Below are positions 20,197 through 29,906 of a stretch of DNA of 64,000 nt, piece by piece (position 1 is the stretch's first letter; every line of letters starts with the position of its first letter). The notes beneath the pieces were generated by a model. That model was not told the DNA's origin and searched no databases. It saw only the letters and a program-made list of their open reading frames with translations. The position numbers and the translations under genes are program-made. Source of the DNA: Nitrospirota bacterium (GTDB lineage: Bacteria; Nitrospirota; Thermodesulfovibrionia; Thermodesulfovibrionales; Dissulfurispiraceae); contig CAWBMP010000002.1 in the NCBI GenBank assembly GCA_963790025.1, positions 128,001 through 192,000 of the forward strand, in the 5' to 3' direction.

Positions 20197-20745
20197 ATGC
20201 CACGAGTTGCCGTGTTGTTAGCAGATGGGTTCGAGGAAGTCGAAGCAATGGCGATTATCGATGTTTTGCGCAGGGCCGATATAACGGTGGTTATTGCGGG
20301 CTTGCATGGAGGGCATATTGAAGGTGCTCATTATGTGAAGGTCATTCCCGATACTACTGTCGATGCCATTCACGTCGATAATTTTGACATGCTCGTGCTC
20401 CCCGGAGGTCAGCCTGGGGCAGACAACCTCAATGCTGATGGGCGTGTCATAGACCTTATCCGGGATTTCCATACTAAAGGAAAGCTGACCGGAGCTATAT
20501 GCGCAGCGCCATATGTGCTGGCAAACGCCGGAATACTTGACGGAAAACAGGCCACTGCTTATCCCTCATTCGGCGACAAGCTCGGTAAGGCCCGCTACGT
20601 GGACAAGAATGTTGTATCAGACGGGCAAGTACTAACGAGTAAAGGTCCTGGAACAGCGCTGCAGTTCGGCATTGCCATTGTAGAGAGGCTCATGAGCAAA
20701 GAGAGAGCGGAAGCCATAAAAGAAGCGATGCTTATGCAGCATTAA
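20197..20745 (+). CDS. DJ-1/PfpI (YajL/ThiJ-like) protein
   Basis: GFEEVE, LPGG.PG, AICAAP, TSKGPGTA. Confidence 0.92.
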   Translation: MPRVAVLLADGFEEVEAMAIIDVLRRADITVVIAGLHGGHIEGAHYVKVIPDTTVDAIHVDNFDMLVLPGGQPGADNLNADGRVIDLIRDFHTKGKLTGAICAAPYVLANAGILDGKQATAYPSFGDKLGKARYVDKNVVSDGQVLTSKGPGTALQFGIAIVERLMSKERAEAIKEAMLMQH

Positions 20746-21998
20746 AGATAGCGGTCGACAGTAACGTTCACTCTCGTGCCTTTTCCAGGCTCGCTCTCGA
20801 TCCTCATGCTCCAGCCGTGAGCGCTTACAAGGTGCTTCACAATGGCGAGTCCGAGTCCGGTGCCTCCAAGTTCTCTCGAACGTGCGCTGTCGACCCGGTA
20901 AAACCTTTCCCCAAGCCTGTTCAAGTATCGTTGAGGGATGCCTATTCCGCTATCCTGGACAAAAATGACAACTCTCCCACCGGTTTCATCGATACCGGCA
21001 GTAACGCCTCCTTTGTCGGTAAATTTAATGCCGTTATCAACGAGATTGATCACGATTTGGATCAGCTTATCTTTGTCGGCAGAAATAGACTGAGCACTTT
21101 GGGGCAATGCCTTCCTCAGATAGAGCCCTTTTTTGTCAGCCTTGTCTTTCAGCGTTAAAAAAACGGTATCGACCACCTGTTCGAGATTGACCTCGGTTTT
21201 GTTCATTTTTACATCGCCGAGTTCGATGCCGGACAGTACGAGCAGGTCATCCACAAGGCTGTTAAGCCGTTCACTGTGGTTTTTTATCATCGTAAGGAAA
21301 CGTGCGGCATTTTCCTTGTCATCAAGGGCACCATCAAGTAATGTCTCCGCAAACCCCTTTATAGCTGTTATCGGCGTTTTTATTTCATGTGATACATTGG
21401 CAACAAAGTCCTTTCGCATTTCTTCAAGCTGTCGCAACCTCGTGATATCATGAAGTGTCAGCACGGTACCCCTCACCGAGTTCTCAGTGTAAATCGGTAC
21501 TACAGTTGCAATCAGGTGCATGTCCTTACTACCCCTCACGACAGAGATCTCTTCAGACATAATCTCCCATGACTCCATCGCTCCCCGCACAATTTCGATA
21601 AGCTGCATATTGCGCAGGACATCCAGCAGTTGCTTGCCTTCGATATTCTCGGTCACAGAGAGCAGCTTTTTGAAAGTACGATTGGCAAGGATTACCACAT
21701 CATGCGTATCGGTTATCAGTACGCCATCCGACATCGCCCTGAGTATGGCCTCCATTCTCTGCATCTCGGCTTCGGCAAACCCGAGCCGCATGCTTGTTTT
21801 CTCCATAAGGGCAACAATGTCTCCGGCAATGGCATCAAGTTTGCCGGAGCCGCCGGTGAAAAGCCGCGCGTTCATGTTGCCTGCGGAAAATTCTTTGAGC
21901 AGATTGGAAATTGCATCGACAGACCGGTATATACGGCTTTGGCGGAAGATAAAAAACAAGATAATCAGAGAGAGAATGACAATAACAAGGGTCCCCAT
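20742..21998 (-). CDS. phoR: PAS sensor histidine kinase, PhoR-like
   Basis: FVANVSHEIKTP, ERFYRVD.ARSRELGGTGLGLAIVKH. Confidence 0.85.
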   Translation of the reverse strand: MGTLVIVILSLIILFFIFRQSRIYRSVDAISNLLKEFSAGNMNARLFTGGSGKLDAIAGDIVALMEKTSMRLGFAEAEMQRMEAILRAMSDGVLITDTHDVVILANRTFKKLLSVTENIEGKQLLDVLRNMQLIEIVRGAMESWEIMSEEISVVRGSKDMHLIATVVPIYTENSVRGTVLTLHDITRLRQLEEMRKDFVANVSHEIKTPITAIKGFAETLLDGALDDKENAARFLTMIKNHSERLNSLVDDLLVLSGIELGDVKMNKTEVNLEQVVDTVFLTLKDKADKKGLYLRKALPQSAQSISADKDKLIQIVINLVDNGIKFTDKGGVTAGIDETGGRVVIFVQDSGIGIPQRYLNRLGERFYRVDSARSRELGGTGLGLAIVKHLVSAHGWSMRIESEPGKGTRVNVTVDRYL

Positions 21999-22709
21999 TT
22001 ATCCCTCGAAAAAGTAGCCGATTCCCCTCATTGTCTTTATATACTTGGGATTGTTCGGGTCGTCCTCTATTTTTGTCCGCAACCGCCGGATATGTACATC
22101 GACCGTCCTCGGCTCGACAAAAACATCGTCACCCCATACCGCATCAAGCAGGTGTTCCCTGTTGTATATCTTATTGGGCCGCTCACAGAGATAAAGCAGC
22201 AGTTTGAATTCGGTGGCGCTCAATTTGAGATTTTTTTCCCCTACGGTAACAATGTATTTTTCTTTATCGATGCTTATGTCCCTTATCATCAGCAGGTGCC
22301 CGGTCCTCTTCTCCTCATCAACCGGCGCCGTCTTCTGGTGCTCCGATCTCCTTAAAATGGCCTTAATCCTGGCAACCAGCTCCCTCGGACTGAAAGGTTT
22401 AATCATATAATCATCGGCCCCTATTTCCAGTCCGAGCACCTTGTCCACCTCTTCTCCTTTTGCCGTAAGCATGACTATAGGAGTATCGGCGACAGAAGGA
22501 TCATTTCGTATCATCCTGCATAATTCAAGGCCCTGAACGCCCGGCAGCATAAGATCGAGGACTATAAGATCGTAAGGTCCGGCCCTGACCATGTTCAGGG
22601 CAGTCTCGCCGTCATAAGCCGCATCTACGGCGAAGCCTTCTTTCTTTAAATTGTAAGAGACGAGTTCAACGATATCTGCTTCGTCATCAATAACAAGTAC
22701 GGTTTTCAA
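21999..22709 (-). CDS. phoB: OmpR/PhoB family response regulator
   Basis: Receiver LDLMLP, KPFS; winged helix RTVDVHIRRLR. Confidence 0.85.
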   Translation of the reverse strand: MKTVLVIDDEADIVELVSYNLKKEGFAVDAAYDGETALNMVRAGPYDLIVLDLMLPGVQGLELCRMIRNDPSVADTPIVMLTAKGEEVDKVLGLEIGADDYMIKPFSPRELVARIKAILRRSEHQKTAPVDEEKRTGHLLMIRDISIDKEKYIVTVGEKNLKLSATEFKLLLYLCERPNKIYNREHLLDAVWGDDVFVEPRTVDVHIRRLRTKIEDDPNNPKYIKTMRGIGYFFEG

Positions 22710-23785
22710 TTTTCCAATATACCCTTCAGCGTTTTCAGATCAACTCCCTTATGTATTACAACGCTACCTATGGTCTCAGGCAGAATAAATTTCATTTCGC
22801 CGGCCACTGCCTTCTTGTCCCTGAATATTAGCGAAAGTAGTTTATCACCATTCGCTTCTTTTGGCAATTCAGAAGGAAGGCCGTATGCGCCGACAACAGA
22901 CTTTATTCTGTCGGCGTGAGCACTCTCCATGATTCCAAGTTCTTCAGAAAGACGCGCAGCCAGACACATACCGATGGCGACAGCCTCGCCGTGAAAGTAT
23001 TTTGAATATCCCGTTTCGGTTTCCACCGCATGGCCTATGGAATGTCCGTAATTCAGGATCGCCCTCAGTCCGGACTCCCGTTCATCTTTCGATACCACTT
23101 CCGCCTTTATCTCGCAGGAGCGTTTTATAATATAGCTCACTACGTCCCTGTCAAGATCGAGTATCGCTTCCCGCTTCTCTTCAAGGAGATCGAACAGGCC
23201 CGCATCCCATATCACGCCGTATTTTATGATCTCCGCTATACCGGACAATAATTGACTCCTGGGAAGCGTATCGAGGGTGCTGATATCGGTCCATACCAAC
23301 CTGGGTTGATAGAACGTTCCGATCATGTTTTTTCCGGCAGGGTGATTTACACCGGTTTTTCCACCCACAGAGCTATCCACCTGCGCAAGCAGAGTTGTAG
23401 GGACCTGGATAAAATGAATACCGCGCATATAGAGGGACGCGGTAAATCCTGTAATATCGCCAATCACCCCTCCGCCAAGGGCCACAACGCAGGAATTTCG
23501 GTCAAGCCTGTTTTTCAGGAGTTCGGTCAGGATGTGGTAACTCCAGAAATAGTCCTTATATTCCTCTCCATCAGGGACCAGAGAGCTGAAACAGTTGAAT
23601 CCGGCATCCCCCAGTGAGCGCATTACATCTGCGCCGTAGAGTCCGAAAACAGTGGGGTTGCTAACAACTGCAATCGTGGGGCTGAACCCGAACCTGGCAG
23701 CACTTTCTCCGATGCCTGAAAGCGTGCCGTTGCCGATCACAATGTCATAACTTCTGTCTCCCAATCCAACTATGACCTTTTGCAT
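22706..23785 (-). CDS. aroB: 3-dehydroquinate synthase
   Basis: GGGVIGD, PTTLLAQVDSSVGGKT, LNYGH. Confidence 0.97.
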   Translation of the reverse strand: MQKVIVGLGDRSYDIVIGNGTLSGIGESAARFGFSPTIAVVSNPTVFGLYGADVMRSLGDAGFNCFSSLVPDGEEYKDYFWSYHILTELLKNRLDRNSCVVALGGGVIGDITGFTASLYMRGIHFIQVPTTLLAQVDSSVGGKTGVNHPAGKNMIGTFYQPRLVWTDISTLDTLPRSQLLSGIAEIIKYGVIWDAGLFDLLEEKREAILDLDRDVVSYIIKRSCEIKAEVVSKDERESGLRAILNYGHSIGHAVETETGYSKYFHGEAVAIGMCLAARLSEELGIMESAHADRIKSVVGAYGLPSELPKEANGDKLLSLIFRDKKAVAGEMKFILPETIGSVVIHKGVDLKTLKGILEN

Positions 23786-23793
23786 AATCCCGT

Positions 23794-23826
23794 ACCTATG
23801 CCTATGCCTTTGCCTTTACCTGCCTT
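23794..23826. repeat. Hexamer tandem repeat overlapping the aroK stop
   Basis: tacctatgcctatgcctttgcctttacctgcct. Confidence 0.65.
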
Positions 23827-24320
23827 ATTATTTCCTCCGCTACCTGAAGGGGCGACATATCGTCCGTATTTATTATTATATCCGCTTTCTCATAATAAGG
23901 TCTTCTGTAATCATACAACTCCTTTATCTTCTGAAGCGGATCATCGACCTGCAGGAGCGGCCTGTGTTTACTCGAACTCGTTCTTCTGAGGATTGTCTCG
24001 GGAGATGCCGACAGGCAGACAATGGTCCCGTTTTTCCTGAGAGCATCTATGTTCTCATCTCTTAACACCGCACCGCCCCCTGTAGACAACACCGCATTTA
24101 TAATTCCGGAAAGCTTTTTTATCATAGCGGATTCGATATCCCTGAATGCAACCTCTCCGCGCTGCCTGAAAATATCAGTTATCGTTGTCTTTTGCTCTCT
24201 TTCTATTTCACCATCTACATCGACCAGAACAAAACCAAGCCTTCGCGCCAGTATTTTCCCCACTGCCGTCTTTCCGGTACCCATGAAACCGGTCAGAACA
24301 ATATTGTTCCTTTTACCCAT
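23802..24320 (-). CDS. aroK: Shikimate kinase
   Basis: GFMGTGKT, GE..FR..E, STGGG, RPLL. Confidence 0.96.
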   Translation of the reverse strand: MGKRNNIVLTGFMGTGKTAVGKILARRLGFVLVDVDGEIEREQKTTITDIFRQRGEVAFRDIESAMIKKLSGIINAVLSTGGGAVLRDENIDALRKNGTIVCLSASPETILRRTSSSKHRPLLQVDDPLQKIKELYDYRRPYYEKADIIINTDDMSPLQVAEEIIRQVKAKA

Positions 24321-24365
24321 CGCCTATTGCCTACAGCCTGTCTTTTATATGTTAAAATATCGAAC

Positions 24366-24932
24366 ATGAAATCTTTCTATTATACAAAAATTTTATTCAT
24401 AATTATCATTCTTTTCTTATCCGGCTCCACCTCCTCTTTTGCTGCTGCGCCGGGCACGCTTTTTCATGTGACACAGGTGAACGATGGAAATATTATCAGC
24501 ATTCGTGTCAAGAGCTTCGCAGGCATCCCCCTGAAGATCGAGCGTGTCAGGCTCATAGGCATCGATGCACCGGAACTCAAACAAGAGCAATGGGGAAGAC
24601 CGGCAAAAAAATACCTTAAAAAGCTCATCAGTGAAAACGACTGGGTTGTCAATGTCGAGTTTGACGTGCAGAGGCGAGACAATTATGGAAGAATCCCGGC
24701 CTATCTCTGGAACAAAAAGGGTGAATTGATCAACGAAAAACTTCTTGAAGCGGGACTTGCAGTGCTCTATACACAGCCGCCCAATGTGAAGTATGTTGAC
24801 CGCCTTTCCGCCGCAGAGAAAAAAGCACAGTCGGAAAAGGCAGGCCTCTGGAAAAACGGCGGTCTTAAAGAAACACCCGAACAGTGGAGGAAAAAACATC
24901 AGCGCAAGTCAGGAGTAAGCAATAGGCAGTAA
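24366..24932 (+). CDS. Secreted thermonuclease (SNase) family protein
   Basis: Signal peptide; RLIGIDAPE, D.YGR, GLA, GLW. Confidence 0.88.
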   Translation: MKSFYYTKILFIIIILFLSGSTSSFAAAPGTLFHVTQVNDGNIISIRVKSFAGIPLKIERVRLIGIDAPELKQEQWGRPAKKYLKKLISENDWVVNVEFDVQRRDNYGRIPAYLWNKKGELINEKLLEAGLAVLYTQPPNVKYVDRLSAAEKKAQSEKAGLWKNGGLKETPEQWRKKHQRKSGVSNRQ

Positions 24933-24963
24933 CTGCCTACTGCTTACCATTTGCTGCTTACTT
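24910..24963. repeat. Degenerate heptamer (AGYARGC) inverted repeat between convergent genes
   Basis: agtaagcaataggcagt aactgcctactgcttac. Confidence 0.65.
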
Positions 24964-25375
24964 ACACGATTCCTTTACCGTTAAAGTAAGGTCCATATTT
25001 CTTGTCGGTCCCAAGTATATGATTTGACAGCCAGTCCTTCAGAAATTTCATAAGTTCAACAGTAAGCACCGGCTTGGCTTCCTGAAACTGTTTCTGGAGA
25101 TCGACGGCCTGCTTTGTAAGCGCATCATGCTCCTTCTTATGTTTTAGATATTCCGGATAGGCATTAGCTTGCATGAGCTTTTCTTCGGCAGCAAAATGTG
25201 ACGCTACATACTGTATCAGACCGGAAAGCACCTGGCCGGTGACATCACTGCCTTTGCCCTGTTTCATAGCATCATGCAGATCATTCAGCATTCCCACGAG
25301 TTTTTTGTGCTGCTCATCAAATTCCTTGACATTTACACTAAGGCTCTCATTCCAGGTCATTAATGCCATCTTCAT
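24962..25375 (-). CDS. Bacteriohemerythrin
   Basis: DEQH, HF..EE, HKKEH, HILGTD di-iron ligands. Confidence 0.93.
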   Translation of the reverse strand: MKMALMTWNESLSVNVKEFDEQHKKLVGMLNDLHDAMKQGKGSDVTGQVLSGLIQYVASHFAAEEKLMQANAYPEYLKHKKEHDALTKQAVDLQKQFQEAKPVLTVELMKFLKDWLSNHILGTDKKYGPYFNGKGIV

Positions 25376-25480
25376 CTCTCCTTTTCAATTCAATAGTTAC
25401 ATCAGAATCTTTATTCTTGTTATATATTATCGATAGAAATTCTTGTCACTTGAATTTAATTGTCCATGCATACATAGCCC

Positions 25481-25618
25481 CTATCTCTTCCGCCGCTGCT
25501 TTTTCAGAGTTATCAGTATAACGATCAGGGCCAATAAGACGAGCCCGCCGAAAAACTTTGCGAGTTTGAAGGCGATCATAAGAACAAGCGCTGCGGCTAT
25601 TAGCAGATAGAAAGGCAC
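25481..25618 (-). CDS. 45-aa small membrane protein (MPFYLLIAAALVLMIAFKLAKFFGGLVLLALIVILITLKKQRRKR)
   Basis: GTG directly after the atpI stop; two hydrophobic stretches and a basic tail; not in the ORF track. Confidence 0.55.
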   Translation of the reverse strand: MPFYLLIAAALVLMIAFKLAKFFGGLVLLALIVILITLKKQRRKR

Positions 25619-26002
25619 TTAATTATTATTGTTCGCGGCTTTTTGCTCAGCCTCTTTTTTAGCAGCAACAAGGCCCTCTTTTAAGGTAAGCACAACAACG
25701 ATAGTGAAGCCCGCAAGCAACCCAAAAGCGTTGATAAGCTTCAACACCGCCAGTATCACCAGTATGGAAAAAATGGCGAGCAATTTGAAAATGCTCAAAA
25801 ATACCATCTTTCCCCGCGCCTTTTCTCCAGCAAGCAACGCATTTACACTCCACTCAAGCCCGCTCAGGTTGCCTACGCCCACCATCCCCCCCACCGCCAT
25901 GCTGAAGGAAAAACGCCATTCAACAAAAAAAAGAGAAATCAGGCAAAGCGGGGCAAGGATGAGCAGCGCCTGTTTATAAACCCGGCTTGTTATTCCTGTC
26001 AT
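25619..26002 (-). CDS. atpI: ATP synthase protein I
   Basis: About 127 aa, four TMs, follows an AtpZ-like gene. Confidence 0.75.
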   Translation of the reverse strand: MTGITSRVYKQALLILAPLCLISLFFVEWRFSFSMAVGGMVGVGNLSGLEWSVNALLAGEKARGKMVFLSIFKLLAIFSILVILAVLKLINAFGLLAGFTIVVVLTLKEGLVAAKKEAEQKAANNNN

Positions 26003-26261
26003 TTTCCACCTCGGCCCCCTTGTCCTCTTCTCTCTTGGAAATCCTGAACAACTCTTTGAACCCGGCGATTATGCCGATAACAAGAAAAATCAATTTAAGA
26101 TACGGCGACGTGCCGAGCCAGCGGTCAAGAAAATAACCTATCAGGAACCCGGCAAAAGTACAGAGGACAAGCTGTATACCGACACTGCTGGCATCGAGTA
26201 ACTGGCCGAAGAGTGATTTCTCAGGTTTCTTATCTTCCAATATTTCCCTCTTTTTCATCAT
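25974..26261 (-). CDS. atpZ: AtpZ/AtpI family (ATPase gene 1) protein
   Basis: GYFLDRWLGTSP....IFL..GI.AGF motif. Confidence 0.82.
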   Translation of the reverse strand: MMKKREILEDKKPEKSLFGQLLDASSVGIQLVLCTFAGFLIGYFLDRWLGTSPYLKLIFLVIGIIAGFKELFRISKREEDKGAEVENDRNNKPGL

Positions 26262-27495
26262 AACTGAAAACCGGGAAAAGCTTGCTCATTATCCAGAAAA
26301 GAAGAAACGGCATCGCCGCTACAGTCAAAGCGCCACAGAGTCCCTCTTTGAACGTTTCGAGACTATGCGGGATAAGCGGCAACTGGTAATGCATATATCC
26401 TGCAAAGGTGAGCGAAAAAGACTGGCCGCCGATGACAACATTCCACCGCATCATGAAAACACCGAAAAGTACCAGTATAGTGCCGAGGACCACCCGTCTT
26501 ATGGTGAGGCGTGGGACCAGGAAGAGCACGAGCGGTACGAGGTTGCCCAGACCATATTGCAGGACGAATATATCTACGAAATCTTTACCGTAAATTACGC
26601 TCCTCAAAACATCCCATGATTTCACTGCGGTATATCCCCTGAAGACAAGGTCGAGCATTTCAAGCGATATGGCAAATACGAGGAAAAGAAGAAGGTACTT
26701 CGCCGTTATGCTTATCACCTGAATCTCCGCGCCCTTGAGTTCCTCTTTTGTCCGGGCTGCGGACGATACAGGCTTTCTGGCAGAGAGGAATTTCCGTATT
26801 TCCATGGTTACAATATAGGTGAGCATGCAAAGGGCAATGCCTGAGACGATTGCAGACATAATAAAAATCACCGGCATGAGGGGGGTCATCCAGAGTGCAT
26901 TGGCCTTTACCGAACCAAAGATAAAGCCTGCATACCCGTGGAGAAAGCACGCTACCGGTATACCGATGGCAGCCAGGATTTTTACCGCCTTTTCATCACC
27001 CTTCAGTGCCTTTTCGCTTACGTCGTAAGAGCCGAGCGTCAGAATAGAAAAGATACCCTGCCTTATTTTTTCCAGGAAGCTTTTGTCCGCCTTGCTCCGC
27101 AAGAAAAGGACAGTATCAATAAAATGCCGGCGGTATACAAACCACAACTCTGATGCCACTATAGCGGCATAGGTGGAAAATACAATGCCGAAGGCCGCAA
27201 TAGCCGACGTGAAATGGGGTGTCATAAAAACGTTGACGCCTCTGAGAGGCTGCTGCAGGTGGAGTTGCAACGGGATCGGCGCAACCAGCAAAAGGGCAAA
27301 GGAAAACACAAGCGAGAAACGCGCCATATCTTTAAGTTGCTTTATCCCGAAGACATGATACAGCGAAGACAGAACAAAGGCCCCTGCAACAAGTCCGGTC
27401 ATAAAAGGATACATAACAATCTGAACGCTCCAGTAAATATATTCATTCGGATAAACAAAGAGCTCCTTTATCGTCCACGCTTCTCCATGCACCAT
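26230..27495 (-). CDS. NrfD/PsrC family membrane quinol-interacting subunit
   Basis: W...IVMYPFMTGLVAG, HL.QP.R, MRWNVVIGGQ; GGAGG RBS before ATG 27495. Confidence 0.9.
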   Translation of the reverse strand: MVHGEAWTIKELFVYPNEYIYWSVQIVMYPFMTGLVAGAFVLSSLYHVFGIKQLKDMARFSLVFSFALLLVAPIPLQLHLQQPLRGVNVFMTPHFTSAIAAFGIVFSTYAAIVASELWFVYRRHFIDTVLFLRSKADKSFLEKIRQGIFSILTLGSYDVSEKALKGDEKAVKILAAIGIPVACFLHGYAGFIFGSVKANALWMTPLMPVIFIMSAIVSGIALCMLTYIVTMEIRKFLSARKPVSSAARTKEELKGAEIQVISITAKYLLLFLVFAISLEMLDLVFRGYTAVKSWDVLRSVIYGKDFVDIFVLQYGLGNLVPLVLFLVPRLTIRRVVLGTILVLFGVFMMRWNVVIGGQSFSLTFAGYMHYQLPLIPHSLETFKEGLCGALTVAAMPFLLFWIMSKLFPVFSYDEKEGNIGR

Positions 27496-27497
27496 GA

Positions 27498-28283
27498 CTA
27501 TCGCACCTCCTTGCTGAGGCCTATATAATATACCTGCGGTTTCGTCCCGTACTCTTCTTTCAAAATCCCGACCCGCTCGGTTGAGATGATCTTTGTAACC
27601 GGGTCGTTCGGATCTTTCATATTGCCTATTTTTCTCGCGCCGAACGGGCATGCATCTACGCAGGCCGTCTTCATGCCTTTTGTTATGCGGTGGTAACAGA
27701 AATTGCATTTTTCGGCAACATGGTATACGGGATGGAAAAACCTGACGCCGTAAGGACATGCCATAATACAGTAACCGCAGCCGATACACCACTTCCTGTC
27801 GACAAGCACAACACCGTCAGGGGTCTGATAGGTGGCGCCAACCGGGCACACCTGCACACAAGGCGGGTTTTGGCACTGGTTGCAGAGTTTCGGCACAAAA
27901 AAGGCTTTTTCGATTTCTTCTTTCTTGATATCCTGGTATTCCCCCCGGCCCAGATCTATTTTGTCCGATATAAAACCGTCACGCGCGCCTTTTGGGGAAT
28001 CCGCGTGTACTTTGCCGTCTTTTGTCAGGACATAGCGCTCGACCCATGTTCTCGTCACATTCTCATTATATGGAATTTCGTTCTCAAGTTTGCATGCCTT
28101 TACACACAGACCGCAGCCCACACATTTAAGCGTATCGACCAAAAACACCCACCGCACCCCGGAGGGGTCATACTTCTCTGCAAAGAGTTTGCCGGGGGCT
28201 ATTATTTCAAAGGCGGCAAAGGGCACCGCAAGTCCCGCCGCTCCCTTCAGCGTATATTTTAAAAAATTTCTCCTCGTTATCAT
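27498..28283 (-). CDS. Tat-exported 4Fe-4S dicluster protein (NrfC/DmsB-like)
   Basis: TRRNFLK; CVGCGLCVKAC, CNQCQNPPCVQVCP, CIGCGYCIMACP, KCNFC. Confidence 0.93.
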   Translation of the reverse strand: MITRRNFLKYTLKGAAGLAVPFAAFEIIAPGKLFAEKYDPSGVRWVFLVDTLKCVGCGLCVKACKLENEIPYNENVTRTWVERYVLTKDGKVHADSPKGARDGFISDKIDLGRGEYQDIKKEEIEKAFFVPKLCNQCQNPPCVQVCPVGATYQTPDGVVLVDRKWCIGCGYCIMACPYGVRFFHPVYHVAEKCNFCYHRITKGMKTACVDACPFGARKIGNMKDPNDPVTKIISTERVGILKEEYGTKPQVYYIGLSKEVR

Positions 28284-28293
28284 CGCATCCCTC

Positions 28294-28764
28294 CTATCGT
28301 ACGCTCAGATTCGGTTTGTGAGGGTTATGGCAAGTCGAGCATGTAAAATCAGGGTTGTGGTGCTCAGGATCAATTCCCCTGATTTTTGCCCTTCCGCTTG
28401 TCGGATAAGGCAAAGGGAAGTGGCATCTGAGGCAGAGTTCCCTGCTCCTGTCTATAGTCAATTTTGGGGGGGCATCAGGATGGTCCAACGCAGGTCCATG
28501 GCAGTTTTCACAGTTAATGATTGCATGTGGAGACCTCATGATCATGGCCAGCTTATCGCTATGGCAGTCTTCGCAGTATACGGCAGTTTTGTATTTGACC
28601 TTTACCGCCTTCCAATCCGCGACATTATTCTTCCGGTGCCAGCCGTACATATACCCGCTCCTGCCAACACCAAAATCCTTCGGCACAACAAAGTGACGCG
28701 CAAGAAGAACAAGCAGGACGAGAACTATGACAACAAACAGAGGCCTCAGAACATGATTGCCCAT
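28294..28764 (-). CDS. Membrane-anchored tetraheme cytochrome c
   Basis: Four CXXCH (CEDCH, CENCH, CLRCH, CSTCH) after an N-terminal TM. Confidence 0.9.
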   Translation of the reverse strand: MGNHVLRPLFVVIVLVLLVLLARHFVVPKDFGVGRSGYMYGWHRKNNVADWKAVKVKYKTAVYCEDCHSDKLAMIMRSPHAIINCENCHGPALDHPDAPPKLTIDRSRELCLRCHFPLPYPTSGRAKIRGIDPEHHNPDFTCSTCHNPHKPNLSVR

Positions 28765-28833
28765 ATGCTACCCCCTGGATTATTCGGTTATAAATAGGGA
28801 GAGGCTGGGTGCCCCTCCCTGCCGTTTGCTTTT

Positions 28834-29835
28834 TCAGGAACCGATAAAAGTCTTCGGGTCCCTGTATTCGTGGCACTTTATGCAATCTTTCTTTGCCTGG
28901 GCCACCGTTACCCTCCACTGGTGGGGTTTGTGGCAGTCCATACATTTCATGTTCATCGTTTTGATATGCAAATCGTGTTTGCCCACATTGGGCTCAATAC
29001 GATGACATTTGAGGCAGTCGTTCATATCCGGCTTCACCTTTGCATGCGGCTTGTGGCAGACATAGCAGTAGAACTGCATCGGCGCATCTGCCGGCACGTT
29101 GATCTTATGCGCCTTATTAACAACTTCAGGCGAGGGTTGAAAATACTTGACATCAATGCTGCCGGAGGCTATCAGCTCTTTTCTGTCCTGCTCGCTTCCG
29201 TGGCAAAAGAGACATTTCTTTCTCTCAGGTTTCAGGTCCATGGTCCTGTCCGTATGGCAGTTAAGACATGCGAATTTTTCCATGCCCGTTCCATGGACAT
29301 CCTTGCCCTTGTGGCAATTAAGGCAGAAGCGCTCTTCGGGAAGAAATTGATGGACCATATAGCCGTGGCATTTTGTACATTCTATATTTTCAATAAACGC
29401 ATGTTTTGCGTGAAACGGCGAACGGTTTACCAATGGCGCATTCGGATACTTAGGGTTTCTTTCCCAGTGACACTCCGAGCAGATCTTGCGAGCTACTATT
29501 ATTGCGCCGTGTCTTGGAGTAACAGTTTTCCGGCCGAGCACCGCAAATTTGTAGATCTGCAGGACTTGCTCTTTTTTCGTTGCATGATGGCACTCATGGC
29601 AAGTGACACCATGATGGACACTCTTTGCCCATGTCTTCTGTGCCTGGTCATGCACATGGCACATCATACAGGCATTAGGATTGGTTTCGAAATAATTGTT
29701 GATCTTATAAGCACCTATGCCCATGCCCGCAAATAACATTAAAACAAAGAGTGATATTATAACTTTGGCGCGAACGGAAATTTCTTCAGTGAACCAGTTA
29801 ATCAGCCGTCCAAACCATTTAAAAGGATTGAACAT
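28834..29835 (-). CDS. Membrane-anchored 11-heme cytochrome c (NapC/NirT-like N-terminus)
   Basis: Eleven CXXCH motifs counted; N-terminal TM. Confidence 0.9.
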   Translation of the reverse strand: MFNPFKWFGRLINWFTEEISVRAKVIISLFVLMLFAGMGIGAYKINNYFETNPNACMMCHVHDQAQKTWAKSVHHGVTCHECHHATKKEQVLQIYKFAVLGRKTVTPRHGAIIVARKICSECHWERNPKYPNAPLVNRSPFHAKHAFIENIECTKCHGYMVHQFLPEERFCLNCHKGKDVHGTGMEKFACLNCHTDRTMDLKPERKKCLFCHGSEQDRKELIASGSIDVKYFQPSPEVVNKAHKINVPADAPMQFYCYVCHKPHAKVKPDMNDCLKCHRIEPNVGKHDLHIKTMNMKCMDCHKPHQWRVTVAQAKKDCIKCHEYRDPKTFIGS

Positions 29836-29906
29836 CAGATACCTCCCCAGTGTATAAATAAGGCTCTCAAAAGTATAAATGCTTTACCCTGGAGCTTTTT
29901 ATTTAA

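Noticed and set aside
27496..27792. N-terminal extension of the 520-aa NrfD ORF
   Set aside because: Overlaps the FeS gene; RBS and ATG are at 27495.
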